DNA of 57,466 bases, filler included, from Diploschistes diacapsis (taxonomy: Eukaryota), in NCBI GenBank assembly GCA_023645945.1. It is 5 parts of 5 records of this genome, joined end to end, with 100 filler letters (N's around TTAATTAATTAA, not from the genome) between each part and the next. Parts side by side here need not be neighbours in the genome. Positions count along the whole stretch, not along the records: positions 23,058 to 34,467 come from JALAIB010000835.1; positions 34,568 to 45,977 come from JALAIB010000836.1; 3 more parts are not named here. One strand, given 5' to 3'. This document shows, piece by piece, positions 27,130-37,648 of the stretch (position 1 is the stretch's first letter; each line of letters opens with the position of its first letter). The position numbers and the translations under genes were made by a program. The notes beneath the pieces are model-generated. The model had not been told where the DNA came from and ran no database searches. It saw nothing but the letters and a program-made list of their open reading frames with translations.

Positions 27130-27579
27130 GGGTGGATTCCTTCTCGATGATAGTTGATGGAGGAGGAGGTTCTGCTATTGAAAAGCGTCACAAAGAGCTT
27201 CTGCCGATGACGTAGGGTTTAGTAGCCTTATTGTATCGCACGTCCGATTAGTTTCTGAGTCAATATCTTTCAATAGTGTATGCTCGATTTTCATGCGTTC
27301 TCTTATCGCCTCTTGTTTCACTTCATGATTGGATAACTTATGGAAACCTTCAACCTTTCGAGCTAAAACTGCTGGCTACATGAAAGTGCCGATATCCCAT
27401 GCTAGACATGCGGGCATCTGCTCCTACTCCAAGTAGTGCAATGCAGTAAATTATCCTCCCCCAGGCTATCATTAGTTTTTTACCTGCTCATCTGTCATGC
27501 CCTTGCTGTAATCATATCCGTCATTGACAATTTTCACTTTGAGGTTAGCTAATCTTGCAGTAACTCTCAAACGGGATCA

Positions 27580-29290
27580 ATATGGACAATGGAGTCGGCT
27601 TTCCAAAACCTGGCAAAAACTGAAGGATGGAGTTGTTAAGAACTCACCATCTACCCACTTTCCTAGGCTACATTATCACCTAAGCATTTGTGGAAACCAC
27701 TACCAAGGGTCCAGAAAACTCTGTTCTGCCGCACCTGCTCTGGTCTACCTGGAAGCCATTCGCGGATTTACCGATGGCGGGTTCCTCACCAGCGAAAAAG
27801 GCTCCATGAACCCCGTGCTCAACAACGACAGTGACTCGAGCTCTTCCAATGATGAGGACGGCGGACTGCCCAGCTTCAGGCTTCACAATGCAGGCGAAAC
27901 CTATGAAGCTTTAGCAACCGGATCTAGAAGTGGCTCTTGTCAAATGCAGTAACCGAGTCGTTCTTCGCTTCGGCATTTCGCACCAAGTCAATGCAATTAG
28001 ATGGCTCGAGTATTCAAACAGTGACAAAATCCAGAACAAAAACATATAGCAGTGATAACAGATCCACATCCATTGCGGTAGATTCAGCTAGGAAAAGCAG
28101 CAAACGTTTGAAGAACAGGATGTCGGGCTATTTTCGAACATGGAGCCGTCATTGTATGCTAGACTTGTGATAGACGTTCGCGCTTTCGGTAAGTACCATG
28201 GTTCTTCCTGTTGTAGCAGATGTGTTTGGACATCTTCTTGAGCCAGTCTTTGTTCTTCTCATGCAGTTTTTCAGAGAACTGCTAGCTTACCCATAGTTCT
28301 CCCACTATATGTACCGGTCGCTCTTCGCGAAGTTTCCTTTGAGAAACGCTTTGTTTCCTCTGTCGATGTCATTGACGCCGATCTCCTCGGACCCAAGCGG
28401 ACGAGACGACCGACCCTTGATTTTGAAATGCTCGTTGAATGGCTCCCAACTCTGTATGGTGCCATCGGTGCCATTGAATGAAAAGCAAATGAAAAGCGGG
28501 CCGATAGATGATTAGAAGGAATATGCCCAGAGGTGAGAAGAAGGCGGAAGGCAGGACACATGCGGTCGTCAAAGATGCCCCCAGCCAAGCACACTTTGGG
28601 ACAAGCATAGTCACCAGTGCATGAACAGGAGCTATTGACCTGCAGTTCGAGAAGCAAATGAACTACGAGTGTTCTCCGAGGTCCCTTAAGTGTACGGAAG
28701 ACGGCGACGGTTTCACCGGGCGTGAAAAGTTCATGTGCGAGGCCCCAACCTTTTGGTATAACGCGGCAGTCAGTTCATGACCTACACGGCTGAAGTGTGC
28801 ATATAGTTCAAGCTATGATTGGACTTCCTAGTCATACATCTACCATACGTCTAGGTACGGGTACTAAAAACCAAGCTGCAGGGCAGTAGTTGCTCAGGAC
28901 ACTTTCCGGCGTCACTCAAGGATTCGGATGCTGAATTGCTGATATCCCCCAGTTGCGGTACCAGCTTTTCCCGGATCCAAGCCGTTGGCCGCAGAAATTC
29001 TGACTTGGCTCATCTGCTATGGGATCCTATTCAGCGGGCTCGGACGGGGCGCTATTCCTCATATGAAGATCTTCTCTTGCTACTTTCGGAGGACTTGAAG
29101 TTCAAGCTCTTGGTCTACGACTCTACACTTCATGAATTATCTCGCGTGCCCACGGATCAGCATGGTATCTGGAGTACCCCGTTCAAGGAACCCACGAGGA
29201 AAACCCCTATACGTCCGAGCTATGCGGCTGAGATTCTCCTACGTACTCCTTATCTAGGGTGTGTTTGTGGAGGCACTATCAGCCGCTGAA
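27580..29290 (+). pseudogene. Degenerate gene remnant, possibly a protein kinase
   Basis: Short broken ORFs. Weak kinase-like remnants in order: HFGTS (cf. DFG, about 28592) and PTFWYNAA (cf. GTxxYxAPE, about 28745). Confidence 0.25.
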
Positions 29291-29992
29291 ATAACAAACA
29301 TACATGCACACCGAATACTGTTATACACAAGGCGCCGACAGGTTAGGGAATAATTTTGAAACGATTTTGGAATTGACCTAGGACCATATTACCTAAACGA
29401 GCATTCTTAGGGAGGATTTATCTGCAAGCCTCGGCCTCTCCCAGGCTCTGCTTTGAAGCTTTAGGTTTCTTCTCCATTGAATAATAATCAGACTCGCTCC
29501 GTTGAAGCCAACACTGAAAGTCGTAGCTTACGGATGGCCCAATGCTTGTCGCTCGGCCACCAACTTTCCCTTCGACGGACGACACACAATTCAGACCACA
29601 ACGTAAAATCGCATCAAAATTTTCCAGTCACGGCGTAGAAACCACTGCCTTGGAGCCAGCAATTGGGAATCACAGCGCCAAGTCAATAGTGGAATAACCG
29701 TCTCGAAACCAGCTCCAAAAAACACCGTCTTGATGGCCAGCCCCAGAATTAACCCCCTTGATCATGATGATAGAAAAGTCACGAACAGCTCTCCACTGCA
29801 GCGGGGGAGAAAATTTATAAGAAGCCATCGCATCCTCCCACCTATCCTCCCCATCAGCAGCCCATCATTTTTCATAACCGTGAGAGAGGCCCATCCACCT
29901 CAAGCACTCTCGTCTTCCATACCCGTCAAAAGGACCATCCATATCCTTCAAGCCCTCAAAAAACACAAACCAAACCCCGTCACCCATGGACC

Positions 29993-30339
29993 GTGTATCT
30001 CCCCAACCCCCTTCCTCGCCAGCATCCTCGCCCTCGCCGCCCTGCTCGCCGCCGGCCAAGCCCGTTCCGACGGGCACGACCTCTACGTACGAGAGGCCGA
30101 CCCGGACAACACCCCTCGACGCGCGCCCCCGACCACTTCCTCCTGGCTTGCGGGGCCGCCGAGCAGGGCTTCCCCACTTCTCCGGCATCGCGAAGCGCGA
30201 CGAACAGGTCGGAGCCCCGGCGAAACGGTACTTTCGGTGCAGCATGTGCGGCTCCACGGATTGTCGTGGATACCACTGTGACCCTTGTGGAGGGATGGGC
30301 ACGGCGACTTGTACACCGGCTAGTCGGAAGGGGGGGTAG
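29993..30339 (+). pseudogene. Small secreted Cys-rich peptide precursor with frameshifts
   Basis: Pieced across frames: (G/A)TG-YLPNP|FLASILALAALLAAGQA signal peptide, propeptide DLYVREADPD...IAKRDEQVGAPAKR, then YFRCSMCGSTDCRGYHCDPCGGMGTATCTPASRKGG* with 6 Cys. Confidence 0.55.
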
Positions 30340-31066
30340 GACGCGAGCTTGAAAGTTAGAGAGAGTGAGGTGGGGTAGAGTAAGGTGTTTGCAGTTCGGA
30401 CAAGTCGGCGGATAATGTAAGATATGGTGTAGGGCGAACGATGTGATAGGGTTAGAAGCTTATGAACAAAGCTTCCTGTGTTTTTCGGACTTGCCTGAAA
30501 GTGCTTTGTTTATGTCCCTGTTTCCAGGAGAAGGGTCGAGCGGGGCCCTTTTCAGGTCGCTAATAACCGAGTGATAAGAGGAATTGAGATAGCACGAGCG
30601 AGGACTGTGCCGGAATCATTGCGTAGCAATGAGTTTGACAGTGCTCGGGCCTTACTCGGAGCGTCCTTATGTTTGCTGTCAAGGAGCCGTAAGCACGGCG
30701 AATCGTTAGTGCTTGGTAGAACTCCGATTCAATACTTGATCCTCGTCAATGCCAGCGTACTCGGTCGAACCAAGAATGAAGCTGTTGATGAATACCCAAA
30801 ATGCCGCCTGATTGGGCTATGAAAGTCTTCCTGAGCTTTCCAACCCGCTAGCGGTACAAAAGTTGCGTGGGTGAAGCACCCCCCAGCCATTTCAGCTAGC
30901 AACCCTTTCCCCTTCTTTAGGCTTTTTAGCCGTTCAAAGTCCCGCCAAGCTCCCCCGATCTTCATATATTGACCTGATCGTGATCACCCGATAGCCTCGG
31001 TGCAGCAAGCCAACAGATATACCCTCAATATGGGGGCGATCCTCGTTTGGCCTTACAGCAGCAACC

Positions 31067-32702
31067 TCACTCGTACACGAAGTTCAGCTCTCGTATCTTT
31101 CTCTCGCGTTCCACGCCATAGCTTGGATACTTGAGCCCTGCGCGAGTACAAATGTCTTTTGCATGTAGCCAGCAGTCTCGCCGTGGGGTAACGAAAATCA
31201 CAATCTTGAGGTGAGGCAGGCGCGCTGCGCGCTGCATGACCAGCCGGAAGAAAATCCACCGTACAGTTTCTAGGTTCGCTTCCCCATCAGTATCGACAAG
31301 CTTGAGCGATTCAATTGAGCGTGGGAGGGTGTCGACAAGAGGGGGGTGATGGATTTTTTTGGGTGGTGCTCCGGTAGGAGCAGCTGGAATGCTCGTTAAT
31401 GCAACCGCAGCAGCAGAGGTAGGTGCGAGCGGGTTGGACGGGGGAGGTAGCGGGGCTGGGACAGTGAAGTTGGAGCTTTTGAAAGACGAGAGAGTTGTTG
31501 GAGCTGCAGCCGAAGACGAAGAAGGCCGTGGCGGCGGCTCGTGATGTACCAAGCACCTCCAGTCAAGGTCCACCTTCTTCAACTGCTCAAAAGCCCGGTA
31601 CTTCCACGCCTCGGACCGTGTTTCAATATGGCTGTGGCGTAGATATAGCCGCATAAGGGATCTGGCTGCGTAGCGTTTGAGGTCCTCAACGATAGGTGTG
31701 AGACGGAAGTCCTTGGCCTGTGCGCTGGTAGTTGCTGGTGTATAGTGGAAGGACTCGAGCGCCCTGATACCCGCGAAGAGGCTATGCAAAGCTTCGGGCG
31801 CCACATGGCAATTGACAAGCCGGATCGATCGTAAGCCGGAAAAGCCTGTGAAGGTCTGGTCAAGGTTGTATTTGCGACTGACAAGTGAGATGCCGTTGAG
31901 GTGCTGCAGAGAGGGCAAAGAGGAGAAGCAAGCAAAGCGTGCAAAATCACCGAGCCGATGGCGAGGATGTGTATCGGAGGCAGAGACAGCTGGATCGATA
32001 ATGACACGCTCAAGCCTAGATAAGCCCGGCGGCGAATGGTACGAGTCCAAGGCAAGAGGCTCCGGAGGGCTGAGAAGGAAGTCGGCGAAGGAAGAAGAAT
32101 CGCAGGTTATGCTTTCAACAATCGAAGACTTTAGACGGCCGATAACCACAGAGGTCATAGGTATCAGGATGGGACGTTGGATGCGTAGCTCGCGAAGGTT
32201 GTGGAGGTAGCAGAGAAGAAGGGCAAAGAGGGCATCGACATTTCCACCCGAGATTCTCTTGTGCCACATACCAATCTCATGGTCCGGAATCCAAGGCAGT
32301 TCTAGTTTATATCGTATTAGTGAGCTTCGAAGTTTACGCAGAGCCATGTATCGTACCATTGAGCTGCCCCCGAAACCCGCCATGCTTAGCTATCAAAGCC
32401 CCGACTCGCTCAGAGTTTGAGTTTCTTCCAGGACGAAATGTCAGAGAAAGCGCCTTAACATAACACGCGATTCTTGGATTTTCAATTATAGCACTGAGAA
32501 TGTCCACTGGGTGCAATAGCCTCTTGGATGAATAGTTGATATTGTATCCATACTGAGATTTCAACCTGAAATGTTCTTTCAAACACGGCGCCGCAAGGGT
32601 ACGCAACAGCCGACAAGTCGCAGAGAAACTTTCGATGTCATCGCTTGACACTTGCCGTATTATCTGCTCGAGAACCTCGTTTGGACAGGTAAACAAAGAC
32701 AT
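31067..32702 (-). pseudogene. F-box protein with LRR-like C-terminus, frameshift near 32340-32390
   Basis: MSLFTCPNEVLEQIIRQVSSDDIESFSATCRLLR is F-box-like and lies in ORF 32334-32840. The rest lies in another frame (31067-32383: LLLCYLHNLRELRI, LPSLQHL, LVDTLPRSIESLKL). No phase-correcting intron is obvious. Confidence 0.65.
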
Positions 32703-33314
32703 GGCTTTACGTGACAGTAGATTGGCACCTTGGCGACATGCCGATGCTATAAATCTGGGAAAACAAGTGGACTCTCCAGCGCGCACTAAGCGCCCAATCG
32801 AGGCCGTTGAAGCAAACGCAGAGCAGTCGAACTTGGTCAAGTAAACCGGCTAGAGTGTTTACAATCATTTCTGACATGTAGTAAGACACCGCAGACGCGT
32901 TCAAATCGCGAAAAGAATGGCACAGAGGGTACAATAATGGCAGCCTAGAGAGGATGAAGTAGGACTTGGCAGCAAAAGAGCACTTCCCGACCTGGAATTG
33001 GAAAAGATAGCTCGATAGGATGTTTCCTCCTTGCTAAAGGCGCGCATGGATGTCCAGGCCAGGTACATTTACTCGAGAGCGACTCATCTTGCCCATGTAG
33101 TGATATGAAGAATAAAGTTTGGCGTGCTTGATTCCTTTTATAGCATTTAATTGCGCTTAACCACTAGCACATGAATATAGGCAGGGGATCAAAGCATTGC
33201 AGAGAGCATAGAGGTTAAGATTCGAACCATGCCTGGGGCTGCACCTAGGATGCGATATATTGTCCAGTACCCCACCAGAGCTTCCTCCAGATGCATCCCT
33301 ATCAGCAATTCAAA

Positions 33315-33961
33315 ATGGTAGTTATCTACGCTTCATTTACCACGCCAGTCAATCCGCCAGGTGCGATGCCGATGCTTTCGCACGCACAACTATGGCAGCG
33401 CAAAGTGCGTTATCCTCAGGAATTCTTGCCCGTGGTGGCTTCCTGCGACGTCCAGTCCGAAGCCGTTGACCCAGATAACGAGGGAGTCTTGGTTGTGAAC
33501 CGCACAATCGTCATCAAAGAAGGCCAAGGTCCACCAGGCCGCCAGGGCGGGACCATGAAGGAGATGATCAGAAGCTACGAGCCGACCAAGGTGGACTTCC
33601 ATTAAGAAGATGGAGCGGTGGTTCAGAATCTGATCACGACCGGAACTGATGTTGATGGAGAAGAAGGGATGTATCTGACATTCGTATTGATATCCGGCGG
33701 TCTCAAAAGGAGGCCAAGAACATAAGGAGAAGGAGATTTCGTTGAAGGAAAGATCGTGGCTTTCTCGATTCGCAGTCTCCGATCGCCATGCCCGCAGGTT
33801 GTCAAGGTGATAGGAGTACGCCCAGTGCTGCTTTATAAACCATTGTGTTCCTCGCAGTAACTTCAAATGGGGGCTGACAGTACGGTCTTCAGTTAGCTCG
33901 CGATGCCGTGACAGGCTCTTTGAATACCAGTCGCCAGCTCGTTAAGGAGGGAAAGCTCTGA
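33315..33961 (+). pseudogene. DUF1857/AtaL-like (SRPBCC fold) protein, disrupted
   Basis: FTTPVNPPGA..LSHAQLWQRKVRYPQEFLPVVASC...PTKVDFH*EDGAVVQNLIT...MYLTF and a terminal VKEGKL*. In-frame TAA at 33603-33605. Confidence 0.7.
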
Positions 33962-34467
33962 TTCGCTTGCTAACCAGACATCTTCAAGATCTCGGTGCAG
34001 CGTCTTGGAGCGTTGATTAATAACAAGGGAACCTTCGTAGCGACGCCGAAGAGGTGATCTTCAAAGTAGGAAGGAAGAAGGTACTAGGTTGGGATAATGT
34101 CAAAGTTCGTAGGATAACTTAATATCCGGAGATGCCGGACTTAATGGATATGGCAAATCAGGAGTGCTCCACTCATTAAATCAGAGGGGATCCGTGATCA
34201 CTGATGGGTACTTCTAGAATAATGAGTTATCATATTCTCGGAAGTCTTATGTAACAAACAGTCTCGGTGAACAGATCAATAATCATATTAATCCTACCTT
34301 AATGTAAAATAGTTGCATAGTGGTACCCCCTGCAAAGTCGACACGACCCAAAACAGGAAAAAATGCGGCCACCTAACCCCCTTTACCGGACCGTACCAAC
34401 ACTCGGTCGCCGACGCTTCTCCTCCACCCCCGACCGTAAAGCAGATTTCACACACGTGGTACTCTTC

Positions 34468-34567
34468 NNNNNNNNNNNNNNNNNNNNNNNNNNNNNNNNN
34501 NNNNNNNNNNNTTAATTAATTAANNNNNNNNNNNNNNNNNNNNNNNNNNNNNNNNNNNNNNNNNNNN
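34468..34567. other. Artificial contig-joining spacer
   Basis: 44 N + TTAATTAATTAA + 44 N. Confidence 0.98.
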
Positions 34568-34704
34568 AGCGGGAATTATTATTTATAATAAGTCGGCGGA
34601 TAATATTTTTAAATTCGGTTATCATAAATTTACTCGAATATTTAGTTCGATTGACGTTTTAAATTCTCGTCACGAATGCGAAGGTAAAATGAATTTTTCG
34701 AATA

Positions 34705-35038
34705 TAAAACGCTAGCGTAAGAATGGGATATTTTATTATCGGGAGTTGGGCCTGATCCGGAAGGATTACGTGTAGCTAGGTATTTGTAAATAAAAGATTT
34801 CGATTTAAAAAGCTGAAAAAAAAATTATTTAAATGGAAGGAAGGTATCGTTAAGTAGTATAGATATTAAACCTACCGGGGTTTAAGGATTACCCGTCTAT
34901 ATAACCATCTCCTGACCCTGCCGTGTCTTGGCAAGCACCTGGGCATTAACCCTACCGTGTCTTGGCAGGGACCTGGGCATTGACCCTGCCGTGGCTTGGC
35001 AGGCCCAGCTTGGCAGGCCCCTGGGCTGGGCTGTCTCA
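34705..35038. mobile_element. Probable solo LTR, RIP-mutated; related copy at 56106-56390
   Basis: 33-bp identity 34747-34779 = 56148-56180 within about 200 bp of alignable sequence. Termini T(G>A)AAAC...GTCTCA. Internal TATATAA and 34-bp tandem repeats. Confidence 0.55.
34914..35002 (+). repeat. 34-bp tandem repeat, about 2.6 copies
   Basis: GACCCTGCCGTGTCTTGGCAAGCACCTGGGCATT / AACCCTACCGTGTCTTGGCAGGGACCTGGGCATT / GACCCTGCCGTGGCTTGGCAG. Confidence 0.85.
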
Positions 35039-35366
35039 CGACCCGTAAATAATTTTAATAAATAATATTTCAGGCCGAGGTCTCGGTGGCGAGAGAAAAA
35101 CAAGGAAGAATAATAATAAAAAAAAACGTATTATAAACATCCGAACGGAGTTAAATACAATAATAAATTAAATAAAAGATTTATAATATCGTTTATTAAT
35201 CTTATTATCGTCGTCGCCGCCGATAACATCCCGTAGCTCTTAATATAAGTTTCTATTTTTTCTTTCTTTTTAATTTTTTCTTTCTCTTTTTCTTTTTTTT
35301 CCTCTTTTACCCTCCCCTAATTTTCTATTATCTTATTTTTTCTTCCGTAATTAAATTATTTAGGGC

Positions 35367-36019
35367 ATCTTTATTCTTTTTTTTAACGACGACGACGCAA
35401 CGCCCTCGTTTATAAAATTAGCGTTAACGACGAGACGCGCACGATAACCGAGCCGAAAAAACGCGTCGCAATTATAAAAAACGAGTTTTATCACGGTAGG
35501 TAAGCGACGGAAACGAGAAATTATCAAAGTTAAAATAAAAGAAAAGACGGCAGCGATAATAACGATAACGATAACAAGAAATTAAAAAACGATAATAAAG
35601 AACGCGACGAAAAAGACGACGGCGATAAGATTTATAAAGATATTAATATAAAAATAAAAAATAAAAAATAAAAAATAAGCAAAACAATAAAAAAAATAAA
35701 CGAAAAATAAGAAAAGAAGAATAAAATATAAGACGCGTAGGGTTAATTAATAGTTAATAATGTCGTAAAAAGGCTATTTAAATATTAATTATTTAAATAA
35801 TTTAAGAAATAATATATTAAGTTCTAAAAAAGAACTCTAAATATATAAAGAAAAAGGAATTTTAATAATAAGAAATGTTATCACGTGATATAAATATTAA
35901 AGGAAATACATATACAAATTTATATAGGACTTAATTTAGCGTGTATGCAGATTAATTGTCAGCCCTACGAGGTTTGTATGGACGGGGTGGGGAGCAGGTG
36001 GTGTTCCCGAATCGCCCTG
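35367..36019 (+). mobile_element. Terminal part of a transposable element, RIP-degraded copy
   Basis: Aligns to the reverse complement of 45341-45977, mostly by C>T and G>A changes. Homology ends sharply at ...GAATCGCCCTG (36019). AT-rich sequence continues leftward to about 35040. Confidence 0.85.
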
Positions 36020-36204
36020 AAAGTATTGCACCTCCGCATCATCATGACCTTGCCCTGTGCAGTGTTCTGAATGGCTCGGATCAAAGAATGCTTGGATTTG
36101 AATGCTCTTTCGTCTTTCTTGACAAGTCTTGGCATACTTTGCAATAAGCATTTCACGCACTTACATATGTAATGGTGATAACAGTCTAGATATGCAAAAC
36201 ATTC

Positions 36205-36705
36205 CCTGCACTTCGAGTAGCTAGCCAGTAACTAACAACATCTTAGAGGGCAATATCTTACACATCTCCAACAGCAAGCCAGCAAGCAGCAATATCTAAG
36301 CATGCCAAATAGCCGACCAGCATCTCCGCTAGCCAGCAGGACACCGAGTACCCAGCAGCATTTCGAGCAGCCAATAGAATCTGAAGCACCCCAAGCAGCT
36401 AGCAGCACCTGAAGAATCCGAGATATCTCAAGCCATTCTAGCTGTTCCAGACAATGCTAGCTGGCTGCTTGGTGTGCGGCTGGTTAGTGGAGGTGCTGGC
36501 TGGTGAAGGTGCTGCCAGGAAGCGGAAATGCTGCCGGCCAGCCATTCGGGGTACTCAAGATGCTACTGGCGTCTGCTGGCTGCCCGAAGTGCTGCATACT
36601 GGCTAGTCAAAGTGCTGCGTAACTGGCTAGTCAGAGTGCTGCTGCATAAACTGGCTGCTCGAGGTGCTGCATGCTGGCTACTCAATGCATGGAGTCAGCT
36701 AGTAG
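36205..36705. repeat. Degenerate foldback: CAGC-rich left arm and GCTG-rich right arm
   Basis: For example GCAGCATTTCGAGCAGCCA (about 36354) pairs with TGGCTGCTCGAGGTGCTGC (about 36652). The right arm repeats ACTGGCTAGTCA(A/G)AGTGCTGC. Strand bias switches near 36445. Confidence 0.6.
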
Positions 36706-36983
36706 GAGCTCTAGCACCGCTACGCCCCTTCTTTCCGCATCTTGGACTGAAGTGTACTCGAACTATTCATCTTCGTACCACGGCTTTCTGTGTGCAAGCT
36801 TTATCACAGTACAGGATTACACCATAAGCGGTAGCTGATGGTCCAATGCGCTGCAACGCAAGGCGGCACAAAATCTGAATCTACTAGTGCAGAATCATCT
36901 CTGTACACAGGTTTGCGTTTCGTTTTGTGACTTGCCTTGATGAAGAGCCTGTGGAAATATGCGGTGAGCATCATGGTCTTGGC

Positions 36984-36990
36984 TATATAA
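36984..36990 (+). promoter_or_regulatory. TATA box of the repeat-peptide precursor gene
   Basis: TATATAA 177 bp upstream of ATG 37161, followed by a candidate 5'UTR intron 37044-37138 (GTAAGT...TTGAC...AAG). Confidence 0.55.
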
Positions 36991-37160
36991 GCCTACCATC
37001 GTGCCCACGGTGAGGATAAGTTGAGCTTTCCACCACTATTCAAGTAAGTCCTATCATTATCTTCGTCTTTGTCTTTATTTACCTTTTCAAAAGAAAGGAA
37101 TCGGCAACGTCTCAACTTCTGTACCATTGACTATCAAGCTTTATCCCACTTTCGACAAAG

Positions 37161-37648
37161 ATGAAGGCTTCTCTGTGCCTGCCCGTCTTGGCTGTTATGC
37201 AAAGTGCTTGGGCCTTGCCGACCAATGTCCGTGAAGGTATTTGCTATTTCGAAACGCAGATTTAATTGCTACTAATGCCAACCCAGGAGAGGTAGCCAAG
37301 CGTGACGAAGACTCCTCTGACTACATCTATGCCTACCGCCCAAAAGAGGTAGCCAAGCGCGAGGAAGACTCCTCTGACTACATCTATGCCTACCGCCCAA
37401 AGGAGGTAGCCAAGCGTGACGAAGACTCCTCTGACTACATCTATGCCTACCGCCCAAAGGAGGTAGCCAAGCGCGAGGAAGACTCCTCTGACTACATCTA
37501 TGCCTACCGCCCAAAGGAGGTAGCCAAGCGTGACGAAGACTCCTCCAACTACATCTATGCCTACCGCCCAAAAGAGGTAGCTAAGCGCGAGGAGGATTCT
37601 TCTGACTACATCTATGCCTACCGCCCAAAGGATACTGAACATGCATAG
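37161..37648 (+). CDS. Kex2-processed repeat protein (KEP), candidate dikaritin-type RiPP precursor, 145 aa
   Basis: Exon 1 37161-37236 encodes the signal peptide MKASLCLPVLAVMQSAWA then LPTNVRE. Intron 37237-37286 (GTATTT...ACTAAT...CAG). Exon 2 encodes six copies of EVAKR(D/E)EDSS(D/N)YIYAYRPK then DTEHA*. Confidence 0.92.
37289..37630 (+). repeat. Six tandem 57-bp coding repeats
   Basis: GAGGTAGCCAAGCG(T/C)GA(C/G)GAAGACTCCTCTGACTACATCTATGCCTACCGCCCAAA(A/G), six times with minor variants. Confidence 0.98.

Noticed and set aside
35936..36160. HSEHC as a possible DUF3328 HxxHC motif
   Set aside because: A single motif in a short ORF that runs into the transposon end. It lacks the following LRQ/MC context, a second motif and a transmembrane anchor.
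37289..37630. CRISPR-like array
   Set aside because: Units are contiguous, near-identical 57-mers with no unique spacers. They are in frame within a spliced eukaryotic gene, and no cas genes are present.
37161..37648. Alpha-factor-like mating pheromone precursor
   Set aside because: The layout is similar, but Pezizomycotina alpha pheromones typically have Trp/Cys-containing cores with a GQPC-like motif after XA/XP dipeptide runs. These repeats have no Cys or Trp.
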